Source: Patescibacteria group bacterium (GTDB taxonomy: Bacteria > Patescibacteriota > Microgenomatia > UBA8517). From it: a stretch of DNA of 64,000 bases. The stretch covers positions 1,478 to 65,477 of the forward strand of contig JALHYA010000002.1 of the NCBI GenBank assembly GCA_022868165.1, written 5' to 3'. The notes under the pieces are model-generated. The model saw nothing but the letters and a program-made list of their open reading frames with translations, searched no databases and had not been told where the DNA came from. The stretch's first letter is position 1, and each line of letters opens with the position of its first letter. Of this stretch, positions 27,542-36,992 are shown in pieces. A program made the translations under genes and the position numbers.

Positions 27542-28468
27542 TTATATTTTGCTAGCCTCTCTCATTCCGGCCCAGAGCCCTCTCAAACTACCACTATCCT
27601 TCCTTACTATGCTCATCACCGCCTCCATCAGGAATAAACCAACTACTGACCAGTAAAAGGCAAGGTTATGCTTTAGGTCTTGGGGTAAATTCTTCTTAAA
27701 ATAACAGAGATGATTTATCATCAGCCCTTTTCTTCTATCATACAGACTTCTTTCAGCCGAAGAGTAATTATGAATTCCTTTGGCATAAGGAACGTAAACA
27801 TTCCTGTATTTTCTGGATAGCCTATAGGCAAACTCATCGTCTTCGGCATATCTGTATTTGTAGAGGTTTTCGTTGAATCTAAATTCGTCAAGTATTTCTT
27901 TTCTAAAAGCCATGCAATAGCCAAAGAGGAATTCGCAAAAGGTGATTTCATCAACAGCACCGCTCTTTATGAATGTCGGAAACCCTGATAGCTGGAATTT
28001 ACCATCACCCCACCGGGGCAAGAAAAAAATACTGAGTAAGAATTGGGATACGGTAGCATCTCTTATCTTATCAGAAAAATGAAGACTACTCTCTACTTGA
28101 TGCCGCTCTGCAATATTGGCAGTTACTCCACCAATATCTCTGGGATAAGTGTTGAAAACATACATAATCTCTTTCAGGCAATTTTTTTCTAATACGACAT
28201 CATCATCAATAAAGACGATTATATCTCCGGAACTGGCACTGATGCCGACATTCCTTTGAAGCGTTAAGCCAGGTTTACTATGAACATATTTTATTCTCTC
28301 GTTTCCAGTGAAGCAAAGTTTAATTTCCGAATTTAGCTTCTTTGTATCACTGCCATCAACAATGAGAATTTCATCAGGTGGAACTGCTTGGGTCAGAAGT
28401 GACTCAAGACATCTGACTACATCTTGAATTCTGTCTTTGGTTGGGATTATCACTGAGATTTTATCCAT
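27542..28468 (-). CDS. Glycosyltransferase family 2
   Basis: SVIIPTKDR, QRNVG, FIDDD, AEDDEF. Confidence 0.92.
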   Translation of the reverse strand: MDKISVIIPTKDRIQDVVRCLESLLTQAVPPDEILIVDGSDTKKLNSEIKLCFTGNERIKYVHSKPGLTLQRNVGISASSGDIIVFIDDDVVLEKNCLKEIMYVFNTYPRDIGGVTANIAERHQVESSLHFSDKIRDATVSQFLLSIFFLPRWGDGKFQLSGFPTFIKSGAVDEITFCEFLFGYCMAFRKEILDEFRFNENLYKYRYAEDDEFAYRLSRKYRNVYVPYAKGIHNYSSAERSLYDRRKGLMINHLCYFKKNLPQDLKHNLAFYWSVVGLFLMEAVMSIVRKDSGSLRGLWAGMREASKI

Positions 28469-29409
28469 GCTAAACCCTCATTCAAAAACCAACTTGTATA
28501 CTTTCTTAGCCCATCCTCAATATTCGTCTTCGGGACATAACCAAGGTCTCTCCTTGCCTTATCAATGTTTGCCCATGTATGCTCAGCATCACCTTTCTGT
28601 GATAGTGTATGAATTATCCGTGACTTGCTGTTTGTTATGTTTACTATTTTTTGAGCCAACTCGTTTATAGTGACACGATTGCCACTGCCAATATTGTAAG
28701 TTTGACCATCACCCTTGTCTCCCGCCAATAAGGAGGCTTCAACAACATCGTCAACATAAGTAAAGTCTCTCGTCTTCTCCCCGGTGCCAAAGATTTCGAT
28801 TTTTTCGTTATTTAATGCTTTTCGGGTAAATATGGATATAGCCAAGTCAGGACGCATTCTAGCCCCATAGACCGTGAAAAACCTTAGTGAGGTAGTTCTT
28901 AATCCATAAACTTCGGTGAAAACTCGGCAATATTGCTCAGCGGCTAATTTAGACACCCCATAAGGTGAAACCGGCATCTTAGGGTGATCCTCATCAAACG
29001 GCAAGTATTCAACCTTGCCATACACTGAAGAAGAAGATGCGTTTATTAGCTTTTTAACATTTGATTTCAAGCAGGCTTGTAGAATATTCAGCGTACCAGT
29101 AGTGTTAATTTCATGGGGCTTTCTCGGATTATTTACAGAAATCCTAACGCCAGGCTGAGCAGCACAATGAAAAACGTATTCTATGTCCGGCCTTATTACA
29201 TTCTGAACCAACTTTTCATCGCAAATGCTACCCTCAATAAGTTTGAAGTTTTTATTTAGCAAGAATTGCTCAATGTTTTTGTGCTTCAATTTTGGGTCAT
29301 AGTATGAGTCAAAGTTGTCTAGACAGATAACTTCATAGTCCTTATCTAAAAGTTTTTGGCAAAGATGGCTTCCGATAAAGCCTGCACCACCAGTTATTAG
29401 GATTTTCAT
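28450..29409 (-). CDS. NAD-dependent NDP-sugar epimerase (UDP-glucuronate/glucose 4-epimerase-like)
   Basis: TGGAGFIGS, ASSSSVYG, YGVSK, RFFTVYG, RDFTYV. Confidence 0.93.
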   Translation of the reverse strand: MKILITGGAGFIGSHLCQKLLDKDYEVICLDNFDSYYDPKLKHKNIEQFLLNKNFKLIEGSICDEKLVQNVIRPDIEYVFHCAAQPGVRISVNNPRKPHEINTTGTLNILQACLKSNVKKLINASSSSVYGKVEYLPFDEDHPKMPVSPYGVSKLAAEQYCRVFTEVYGLRTTSLRFFTVYGARMRPDLAISIFTRKALNNEKIEIFGTGEKTRDFTYVDDVVEASLLAGDKGDGQTYNIGSGNRVTINELAQKIVNITNSKSRIIHTLSQKGDAEHTWANIDKARRDLGYVPKTNIEDGLRKYTSWFLNEGLAWIKSQ

Positions 29410-29417
29410 TCCAGAAC

Positions 29418-30302
29418 CTATTCTCTCACTCCATATTTTTCTGCCATGAACTTATTTATATCTTTGACTTTAGATAATAGTGTATTCTTAAAAAATAGCT
29501 CTTTTTCTATGAATTTATTGTATGCTTCCATATCTTTCGGAATGCATCTTCCTCCGGCTGCCATCCCATTGATAGTGCCATAAAACCCAATACGCTTATC
29601 CATCGCAGTAATTTTGCCTACTAAGCGTGAATCTATCTCTAGTTTCTGGCATACTAAGAACATCTCATTCCAATATGAAATCTTCGTAGCCAGCATCAGA
29701 TTGGCAGCATACTTACACATCTCAGCTGTTTTCAAGTCAGTACGAAATATCGGTATGTGCAAAGGCAAATAAATATCGGATAACACATCGCCTGATTTCT
29801 TATCCAATTCCCCAATAACTATTCGCTCTGTGTTCCGCATTCCTCTGTGATAATTAAAATCCTGAGTCCATGACTTCGCTATTTCCGTCAAGAACTCAGG
29901 ATTCATGCACAAGCCAAACTCTTTTCCGCTTGACTGTAAAATCGGCAAAACCACTTTCTCTGTGGTCAAGGGTATAACCGTGCTTTTAATCACCACTAGA
30001 TGCCAATGTTTTGAATTTCTTAATCCTTCTGTTATCTTTTTCACTGCATCAACCACATATGTCAAGTTTATTCCGTTATCCGATGGCGTGGGTACGCAAA
30101 CAAAGCTTACATCCGTTTTAGACACGGTTTGGGCAACATCATCACTCACACTTTTACCTTGCCTAGATAACTCCGAAATTGTATTCGGGTTTATATCGCA
30201 ATATATTACTTTATGCCCCAATTTCTCAAGGCATTCACCTGTTTCTCCACCTACCTTGCCACTGCCAATGATGCTAATGCTATTCACTACCTGCCTCTTC
30301 AT
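29418..30302 (-). CDS. UDP-glucose/GDP-mannose dehydrogenase family, short form lacking the C-terminal domain
   Basis: IGSGKVG, CVPTP, IKST, NPEFL, AEMCKYAAN, GGRCIPKD; only 294 aa. Confidence 0.9.
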   Translation of the reverse strand: MKRQVVNSISIIGSGKVGGETGECLEKLGHKVIYCDINPNTISELSRQGKSVSDDVAQTVSKTDVSFVCVPTPSDNGINLTYVVDAVKKITEGLRNSKHWHLVVIKSTVIPLTTEKVVLPILQSSGKEFGLCMNPEFLTEIAKSWTQDFNYHRGMRNTERIVIGELDKKSGDVLSDIYLPLHIPIFRTDLKTAEMCKYAANLMLATKISYWNEMFLVCQKLEIDSRLVGKITAMDKRIGFYGTINGMAAGGRCIPKDMEAYNKFIEKELFFKNTLLSKVKDINKFMAEKYGVRE

Positions 30303-30688
30303 AATTTTAGTTTGTCTAACCTGTTTTTTATATTATCGAACCCATCGCTCATCTGCCTTTTAATCTCTTCTAAATCTTTTTGGACTAGATTATCATGTTT
30401 GTAAAATTGTTCATTCCATGAACTTAAATAACTCGGCAATAAAAATTTCCATGCCAAAATATAAGTGATTATCAAAACACTAATAATGACAGACATAAAT
30501 ATCCAAAATCGAATGTATATGCCATACCCCATAAGCCAAGTTGATATCTCAACATACGCATTAACCGATGTCTCCAGCAATATTAAAAGTGATACCACCA
30601 TCCCCACTTGTGTAACCGTCAAGAAGAACATACCCAACCGTTTGCTAATATTCTGTTGCCCAAAAATATTGAGAATAGTTTTCTTCAT
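30299..30688 (-). CDS. Two-TM membrane protein with coiled-coil tail
   Basis: Two hydrophobic segments; coupled into the operon. Confidence 0.6.
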   Translation of the reverse strand: MKKTILNIFGQQNISKRLGMFFLTVTQVGMVVSLLILLETSVNAYVEISTWLMGYGIYIRFWIFMSVIISVLIITYILAWKFLLPSYLSSWNEQFYKHDNLVQKDLEEIKRQMSDGFDNIKNRLDKLKL

Positions 30689-30819
30689 TTCATACCCGTT
30701 TCATAAAAAGTTCGGGCACAGTTTTTACACTGGTATCGTTGCTTCTTCCCTTTTCGGGTAACAACTATGCCAGCTTTTTTGGTTTTAGCGGATTTGCATT
30801 CAGGACATACCATAATCAT
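30685..30819 (-). CDS. Small zinc-ribbon protein (InsA-like, 44 aa)
   Basis: MIMVCPECKS...GKKQRYQCKNCARTF. Confidence 0.75.
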   Translation of the reverse strand: MIMVCPECKSAKTKKAGIVVTRKGKKQRYQCKNCARTFYETGMK

Positions 30820-30828
30820 GTTGCCTAT

Positions 30829-30857
30829 ATTATATGTATATCTGTCTATCTAGTCAA
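30829..30857 (-). promoter_or_regulatory. sigma70-like promoter for the sugar-biosynthesis operon
   Basis: TTGACT-17 nt-TATAAT overlapping the end of the OST gene. Confidence 0.75.
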
Positions 30858-32465
30858 ATCGGTGCTTAGCACTTCAAATACTTTTACCTTGCCATCAGTT
30901 GATTCCCATACTGGCTTGCCAAAGTAGAACAGCTTATACACAGCAGTGTCCTCCGGCTTCACATTGTTGACGTAAAATATTGGATAGGCATTGGTGGTGA
31001 ACATTTCCTTGTCAAGTATGATGTATCTCCATTTGTTGGCTACTATGTCTAAAGTAATATCTGATTTACAGAGTATATCATTGCCACACCCATTGCCCGG
31101 CGTGTAACTTGCCGGCATGTGCCCTGCTTGCACAATCCAATAGCCATAGTTCCAATGGCTAAGAACTCCATAATTAAGCCTATCCGATTTCTGTGTCTCA
31201 TATATAACTGGGTCAAAAAGCATACCACCGAAATAGCAACCGGGGCTTATCTCCACTCCTCCAGTAAAATATAATCCCTCTTTTACATCGGTGGGAACAT
31301 TAGCTGGTTGCGTTCTAAGCCAAGTACAACATTCTTGCCAAGCCTTGGGCATTGTACCGAGACCCGATGTGGCTATCACCGTACTTCTATAACCAAATAG
31401 CAAGCAGAGCATTAAGGTTAGTGCGACAATAATCCTTGTCATCTTGACTTTATCGGTTCTGAATAGTTTAACGATATAGACTGATATAAAGGCACTCATT
31501 ATGGCAATGTTGATAGCAGAGTAATAAGCAAAACGTCTTGCAGAGAAAGTTAGAGCTAACATAATTACAGACCATACCAGAAATAACAACGTTTCCTTGT
31601 TCTTAGATTTGATGTACTGATGTAGTAAAACTCCAATCCCAAACAAGGTAAGAAAGAAGGCAATGCTGAAGTATCCAATTACAGTCACGAAATCGAATTG
31701 CCCGGCAGTAAAGAATAGGGGCATCATTTCACCTACTGTAGTTGTGATATTGGGTATGAATATACTAAGATTTTTAAATATATTAGGTACAAATAAATAT
31801 ACTGCCCCATAGACAATGGCGATTACTACCCATGCCTGCCATTTTTTACAGAATAGGGCAATCAAAAATATGGCGAGGATGAACAGGAATAGAGGTGCTC
31901 CGTACCACGATAAGAGATACAGCCCTGTAAATACAAGACCAAATAAACTATATACAATTCTTTGCTTGCCATCTTTTACTGCAAGTATGCCAAACATCAT
32001 TATCGTAGTGAGCAACAGTATCTCAAGACAATGATAATCGGCAGCCCCAAGCATGGTACGGCTCAGTATCTCTCCGGGCATCAAGGCCAATAAGAATACG
32101 CTAAGTGCTGCAATTAGTTTTTCCTTGAATAAAGCCCTAGCTATGACATAAACAGGAATCAGGGTCAGGAGAAATAGAATTGGCGGTATCCACGCCCCGG
32201 CTGTTGTTGTGTCAGTGTGAAATAATTTAGCGGTCAGAGCTATCATGGCAGGAAATACCATCTGCGACATTGGTTCTGTACCTACAGGATAGTTAAAGAA
32301 ATAATCGTGTGCTGGTATATTAGGCCAAATATCGGCATAGCGTACCATGTAGTAGGCATCTACTGTGTTTAACTGTATGCCGTTATGAAGCGGTAGGATT
32401 ATGTGAAATAGAAGAAAAAATATAGCACTAAATCCAAGTAGCAGGGAAATGAGCCACTTGTTCAT
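30846..32465 (-). CDS. AglB/STT3-family oligosaccharyltransferase
   Basis: About 13 TM segments; VDAYY, GAADYHCLE, TVGE (TIXE), RRFAYY, and VLSHWNYGYWI in place of WWDYG. Confidence 0.9.
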   Translation of the reverse strand: MNKWLISLLLGFSAIFFLLFHIILPLHNGIQLNTVDAYYMVRYADIWPNIPAHDYFFNYPVGTEPMSQMVFPAMIALTAKLFHTDTTTAGAWIPPILFLLTLIPVYVIARALFKEKLIAALSVFLLALMPGEILSRTMLGAADYHCLEILLLTTIMMFGILAVKDGKQRIVYSLFGLVFTGLYLLSWYGAPLFLFILAIFLIALFCKKWQAWVVIAIVYGAVYLFVPNIFKNLSIFIPNITTTVGEMMPLFFTAGQFDFVTVIGYFSIAFFLTLFGIGVLLHQYIKSKNKETLLFLVWSVIMLALTFSARRFAYYSAINIAIMSAFISVYIVKLFRTDKVKMTRIIVALTLMLCLLFGYRSTVIATSGLGTMPKAWQECCTWLRTQPANVPTDVKEGLYFTGGVEISPGCYFGGMLFDPVIYETQKSDRLNYGVLSHWNYGYWIVQAGHMPASYTPGNGCGNDILCKSDITLDIVANKWRYIILDKEMFTTNAYPIFYVNNVKPEDTAVYKLFYFGKPVWESTDGKVKVFEVLSTDLTR

Positions 32466-32468
32466 TGG

Positions 32469-32813
32469 CTATCTTTTAGCTGAAAAAAGTTGTGCTTCGT
32501 CAGAAAGTTCTTCTTTGACTTTTGGTTTGTTTCGAAATCTTTTTACTCTTGCTTTGCCAAATGCAAAGATGATCATTCCTAGCCCAACTATAGCACCTAT
32601 CCCATAAACCAAGATGGGATGGCTATATTGTTTGTTCATAGGTATAAGCGTCATAGCTAAAAATACACCAGCAACACAAAAAACTTCTATACCAATCATA
32701 AATAATATGAATGGACAGAAAGTAAAGGTGTATTCTTGGGTAAAGTCTCTCCCGATTTGGAGTGCCCCAAACTTCTTTTTTAGGTTGTACATTGCGTCTT
32801 TAAACTTTAGCAT
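32469..32813 (-). CDS. Two-TM membrane protein
   Basis: AGGAGG RBS, two TM segments. Confidence 0.65.
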   Translation of the reverse strand: MLKFKDAMYNLKKKFGALQIGRDFTQEYTFTFCPFILFMIGIEVFCVAGVFLAMTLIPMNKQYSHPILVYGIGAIVGLGMIIFAFGKARVKRFRNKPKVKEELSDEAQLFSAKR

Positions 32814-32828
32814 TGCTTTACCTCCTAT

Positions 32829-33311
32829 TTATTTCTTCTGTGCCGTGAATATTGTTCTGGCATCAGGTGCAATCTTTATCATAGTCTTTGTTAATAGCGA
32901 TGTAACTTTTTCTAGTGTTATCTTGCCATCCTTCTCGCCTCCAAGACTTATATCTAACTTGCGTAGTAGATTTACTACAGTAGTACTCTGCATTATAGCT
33001 ATTAACGATTCCTCGGATATCTTGATGCCGGCTATTTTCCTGCGCTCATCATACCAGAAGCGTATGTCTGCTACATGAGGCATAAACATAAGACCTCTAC
33101 CAACTCTAATTATATATTGTCTGTAAACAGCTACGCCGAAGTTCCTATCTTTAAGCTCTTCTTGCTTACTCTCGTCATTGGTGTATCTCTCTGTTTCAAA
33201 GTCTCCGTCCCGGCTATCCTTGACACATTTGGCTGCGCCAGTTCTAACCAATTCCTTACAGGCATTTTCTAGTACTCTGATGCCATGATGATTGCTAGTA
33301 AACTCTATCAT
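32829..33311 (-). CDS. Hypothetical protein
   Basis: GGAGG RBS. Confidence 0.65.
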   Translation of the reverse strand: MIEFTSNHHGIRVLENACKELVRTGAAKCVKDSRDGDFETERYTNDESKQEELKDRNFGVAVYRQYIIRVGRGLMFMPHVADIRFWYDERRKIAGIKISEESLIAIMQSTTVVNLLRKLDISLGGEKDGKITLEKVTSLLTKTMIKIAPDARTIFTAQKK

Positions 33312-33320
33312 TGTGACCTC

Positions 33321-33689
33321 CTATTTTACCTTGCTAATCTGCGTTACCTTGCCGGGCAATCCTGCCCTCAACACTTCTGAAATTGAATGCGCATGGACTG
33401 TGTGGTTTCTTTCAATGCCTTGATGCTTGGTAGTGACCGCATATTTAGGGTGCTCTTCCATCCTATATACGAAGAAGCACGTTATTCTCCTGCAGGTAGG
33501 ATTGTGTTTCAATGCCCAAAATGATCCTCCGCACTCTTTACACTTTTGAAGTTTTGGCTTACCACCGGTGAACTTCTGCTTTATGGCGATTTCCCGTACC
33601 TGGCTAGGAGAACCTGTGTATACTTTGAAATTGAGATATCCATGTGTTACAAATAGCCATTCTCGGAATGCTTTGAGAAACCTTATCAT
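33321..33689 (-). CDS. Hypothetical basic protein with Zn-finger-like Cys
   Basis: CKECG...CRRITC. Confidence 0.6.
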   Translation of the reverse strand: MIRFLKAFREWLFVTHGYLNFKVYTGSPSQVREIAIKQKFTGGKPKLQKCKECGGSFWALKHNPTCRRITCFFVYRMEEHPKYAVTTKHQGIERNHTVHAHSISEVLRAGLPGKVTQISKVK

Positions 33690-33904
33690 CCGTTCACCTT
33701 CCTATCATAGAAATACCCCATGACAATCAATACTGGCAACATCAGCAAGCAGGGTATAGCCACAAACCAGTTCGTACTCTGCAAGTGCGTATAGTCTGTT
33801 ACCGGCTGCACTAGCTTATCCCTGAATATAAATCCAAGAACTAGGATAACACAGAGCAAAATTGAGCCGGTGATTATTGACCGGATAGTATGTTTATCCA
33901 ACAT
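33686..33904 (-). CDS. Small two-TM membrane protein
   Basis: Two hydrophobic helices. Confidence 0.6.
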   Translation of the reverse strand: MLDKHTIRSIITGSILLCVILVLGFIFRDKLVQPVTDYTHLQSTNWFVAIPCLLMLPVLIVMGYFYDRKVNG

Positions 33905-34160
33905 TCTCTACTAAACCTTCATTCTTTAAGGCTTCTAAAGCTCTTTGCATCTTCCCTGCAGACCAATGCATATCATCTGCTACCTCTTGTGTGCTACTAG
34001 CTGGCTGAAGTTTCTTGACACTCGCCATTATTTCAAACCTTGTACCCCCCATTTCCATCTTCACATGCCTATCCTCTCCTATCTCGGTTAATTGCCAACG
34101 TGCTACTTTCTTTTTTAGCCCTAACGCTCCACCTACATTGTCGAAAAATCCTTTTGTCAT
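33894..34160 (-). CDS. Winged-helix DNA-binding protein
   Basis: STQEVADDMHWS...LEALKNEGLVE; start 34160 after GGAGGA. Confidence 0.65.
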   Translation of the reverse strand: MTKGFFDNVGGALGLKKKVARWQLTEIGEDRHVKMEMGGTRFEIMASVKKLQPASSTQEVADDMHWSAGKMQRALEALKNEGLVENVG

Positions 34161-34161
34161 A

Positions 34162-35070
34162 TTAGTTATCCTCCTCTTTCTTTTTCTTTGGCCTATTACC
34201 AAAGTGAATATTTACCCTACGTGATAATTGCGATATGCTATGGCTATTCCAAAGGTGTACCCAATTTTCTGGTTTTAGCCAAAGGTACTTTGATAAACCA
34301 GTACCACCTTTTCTATTATCCTGTATTAAAATACTACTATAACCTGGAATATGCCCCTGCCATTTGCAGTCTACTAGATGCGTAGCTTGGTCATATAATA
34401 TAGGTGCAAATCTTTCTATGTCTATCATTACCTCGATAGCACAAATATGCACATGCCCTCTTCTGTTTAAAATTCTGGCTATCAATTTTGTAAGATTTGT
34501 CTGGCTTTGCCTGTCCCCGTAAGTATCGCACTCATCGAGGCTGAAAACCGTATTGTATCCTATGAATTTCTCCAATTCTTCTTGTGGTGCTGGTTTCCTC
34601 GTTCCTTTTTCTATTAGGGATAATTTATTGAATCCATCCTCTAACTCACTCTGAAAACTTTCATCCCACAAGTCAAAGAGCTTACCGTAATATTCAGGAT
34701 TCGGCGGTGTCCAATCTAAGGTAGCCCTCTTACCAAATAACCTTACCACTTGGTAGGTATACCAAGCCATAAATAGAGATTTACCCGACCTGGGGTCTCC
34801 ACCAACAAGAATTACAGGATGCTCTAATAAGCCAAGGGAAAGGAGGAAATATTTAATGTATGTATCGGGATTGATAAAGTCTCTCTGGTTAAGTTTCCAT
34901 CTATATGGGCTGTCTTTAGATGCTAATTTCCACCAGGCATAACTAGAGGTAACATCTTCACGAGTAAGAATGGTCGGCTCAATCCCATATAATAACTTAC
35001 TGTTATCTTTTGGGAGTATAACAATCTCAGATATTCTAGTTGGACTAACGCCTATCAAGGAGACCTCCAT
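34162..35070 (-). CDS. P-loop ATPase, Zot/pI-like morphogenesis or packaging ATPase
   Basis: Walker A GDPRSGKS, Walker B FSLDE, basic motif NRRGH; sits among membrane-protein genes. Confidence 0.75.
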   Translation of the reverse strand: MEVSLIGVSPTRISEIVILPKDNSKLLYGIEPTILTREDVTSSYAWWKLASKDSPYRWKLNQRDFINPDTYIKYFLLSLGLLEHPVILVGGDPRSGKSLFMAWYTYQVVRLFGKRATLDWTPPNPEYYGKLFDLWDESFQSELEDGFNKLSLIEKGTRKPAPQEELEKFIGYNTVFSLDECDTYGDRQSQTNLTKLIARILNRRGHVHICAIEVMIDIERFAPILYDQATHLVDCKWQGHIPGYSSILIQDNRKGGTGLSKYLWLKPENWVHLWNSHSISQLSRRVNIHFGNRPKKKKEEDN

Positions 35071-35479
35071 CTGATGATGATTGCTTTTCCTCGGCAGTTA
35101 GCCGGTGTAAGATAATACTTTCATCTCTGCCTTTACCATCCTCTGAAATCTCGTAACCCATGACTCCAAACTTGAGTTTATCAAAAACACTATCTTTTCT
35201 TTTAAGTTCAAAGAGCGATTGCTGCACATCTCCAATGGCAAAAGCCCATATCATCTTTTTATTGAGTCTGGTGGATTCATGCAAATGCTTTCGCTTAACA
35301 TGAAACAGATGCCCTCTGCCTGGTATCTCTCTATCAAGTTCCCTCTCTTCAAATGCATCTGCCTCAGCCTCAGAAATACTAGGGTTCTGCCCGTTGCCAC
35401 CAACAATGTCCTCCGGTACTTCTGTTTCTTCTGCAACTCCGAAGTTGGTGTCTTTTTCAAGTTGTTCTTTGTCCACCAT
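35045..35479 (-). CDS. Hypothetical acidic protein
   Basis: AAGGA RBS, coupled to the ATPase. Confidence 0.6.
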   Translation of the reverse strand: MVDKEQLEKDTNFGVAEETEVPEDIVGGNGQNPSISEAEADAFEERELDREIPGRGHLFHVKRKHLHESTRLNKKMIWAFAIGDVQQSLFELKRKDSVFDKLKFGVMGYEISEDGKGRDESIILHRLTAEEKQSSSDGGLLDRR

Positions 35480-35489
35480 TTTAGTTTCC

Positions 35490-36176
35490 TTATTTTAAAT
35501 TCATAAATTTTAGTATAGTGTCGAGGCCTGATGATTGCCCACGTACCATAAATATAATAACTATTTCTGCTAGAAATACAAGCAGAATCCCAATAAGTAT
35601 CAATGGCACACGCTTCAGATAATTGAGAAATTCTTCCGCCTTCGCCCAAACTCCTCCCAATTCTGACACAAGCATTTGCATATTTTTCTCATCTAGTGCA
35701 AGCTTGCCCAGAGCTGCTGAAGTCTTATAGTACAGGTCAGGAGTCCATGCAGGATTACAAGTTATTTTGGGCATCTGGTCATTAACTACATAATATGTTT
35801 TCATTACTACCGTTTGCTCTTCATGTGGCCTGCCTTCTGGATAACGATAAGGAAAGCAATGGTCTTGGATTACCCAATAAAGGTCAACAGAATGCTCACC
35901 TGGTACTTCTTTTGCTTTGATAAATCTAGAAATAAGGAAGGTGCCTCTGCTTTTATCCTCTATTTTTTTAACTGCACCTTTCCACACCTCGCAAAGTACG
36001 GAGTAGGCACCCTCCGGACTACAAAACTCGCATAATAATTTGCCCTTTGCCTTTTCCAAAACAACTGAATGTCTCTTACCTTTGCGCCAGAGAATATAAA
36101 AAACAAAAAGTATTGCGATTGCTAAAGCCACAATACCCCAAAACGCTAACGGATAAAGCCCAAGTATACTTTTCAT
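35490..36176 (-). CDS. Membrane protein with N- and C-terminal TM segments
   Basis: GAGGTGG RBS; upstream of the ATPase. Confidence 0.7.
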   Translation of the reverse strand: MKSILGLYPLAFWGIVALAIAILFVFYILWRKGKRHSVVLEKAKGKLLCEFCSPEGAYSVLCEVWKGAVKKIEDKSRGTFLISRFIKAKEVPGEHSVDLYWVIQDHCFPYRYPEGRPHEEQTVVMKTYYVVNDQMPKITCNPAWTPDLYYKTSAALGKLALDEKNMQMLVSELGGVWAKAEEFLNYLKRVPLILIGILLVFLAEIVIIFMVRGQSSGLDTILKFMNLK

Positions 36177-36225
36177 ATTTCCACCTCTAACCTTTTATGG
36201 CTACAAGGCTAAATTTGTTTTTACC

Positions 36226-36405
36226 TTACTTATTCTTTCTTCTGGTTTTTAAGCCTTTATTGATGCTTGCTCTAAATGCCTTCGGATGTTTCTCTTCCCT
36301 ATGTTCTCGAAGCCACTTCATGCGCTTGGCAAAAGTCCCATGCCTTCGTAATTTCTCTGGAGCCTGAGCACCGCAAATCGAGCATCCCCAAGTTTTATAC
36401 GGCAT
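36226..36405 (-). CDS. C2H2-like zinc-finger basic protein (59 aa)
   Basis: MPYKTWGCSICG...LREHREEKHP; AGGAGG RBS. Confidence 0.75.
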   Translation of the reverse strand: MPYKTWGCSICGAQAPEKLRRHGTFAKRMKWLREHREEKHPKAFRASINKGLKTRRKNK

Positions 36406-36420
36406 CTTTTACCTCCTTCC

Positions 36421-36558
36421 TTACTTGCCTAAAATCTGATACATACCCGTACCGCACACCGAGCATTTACCCTTCTTGGCTTTTCTGCCATTCTTCATGG
36501 TTACGGTTACGGGATTCTTCATTTCTCTTGTCGTCTTACACTTCATACAATATGCCAT
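36421..36558 (-). CDS. DUF5679-like small Zn-binding protein (45 aa)
   Basis: MAYCMKCKTTREMKNPVTVTMKNGRKAKKGKCSVCGTGMYQILGK. Confidence 0.85.
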   Translation of the reverse strand: MAYCMKCKTTREMKNPVTVTMKNGRKAKKGKCSVCGTGMYQILGK

Positions 36559-36559
36559 A

Positions 36560-36724
36560 TTATTTGTCTCCTTTCTTCTTCAATTTTTCCTTTATCTTCT
36601 TAGCTTTCTCGACAATCGCTTTCCTTGTTTCCTTGCCAGACTTCGGTGCAAACAATATTCCTGTTATAGCACCCAACACTGCTCCTACGGCAAGACCGAT
36701 ACCAAACTTAGCACCTGTTTTCAA
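36560..36724 (-). CDS. YtxH-domain protein (54 aa)
   Basis: TTG start after AGGAGG; FGIGLAVGAVLGAITGILFAPKSGKETR. Confidence 0.85.
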   Translation of the reverse strand: MKTGAKFGIGLAVGAVLGAITGILFAPKSGKETRKAIVEKAKKIKEKLKKKGDK

Positions 36725-36779
36725 TGCTTGCCTCCTTTGTTTACTCTTTTATTTCCCTTGCTACCTTTACGTCTGTATC

Positions 36780-36974
36780 TCATGTTATATCATATTTTCT
36801 ACGAGCTTCATCAAAGCGTTTATTTTTACGGGCATACACTCCATAGAATTTACGATAATATGGGCTTGTCTTGCTGGTTCTGCTTATTTTGATTTTCGGC
36901 ACCTAGCCTTTTCTACGCAATTCAGCACTTTTTCTCTCTGCCCAATCCTTAGTTCCTTCACCGACTTTTATCAT
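36780..36974 (-). pseudogene. Basic small ORF with an in-frame TAG
   Basis: AGGAGG RBS; MIKVGEGTKDWAERKSAELRRKG*VPKIKISRT...FYGVYARK; TAG at 36903-36905. Confidence 0.4.
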
Positions 36975-36992
36975 ATTGCTTACCTCCTTTCC

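Noticed and set aside
11969-30302. Ordinary chromosomal O-antigen/capsule locus
   Set aside because: No wzx/wzy/wzz or ABC exporter recognised; interleaved with phage-type DNA methylases and flanked by viral modules.
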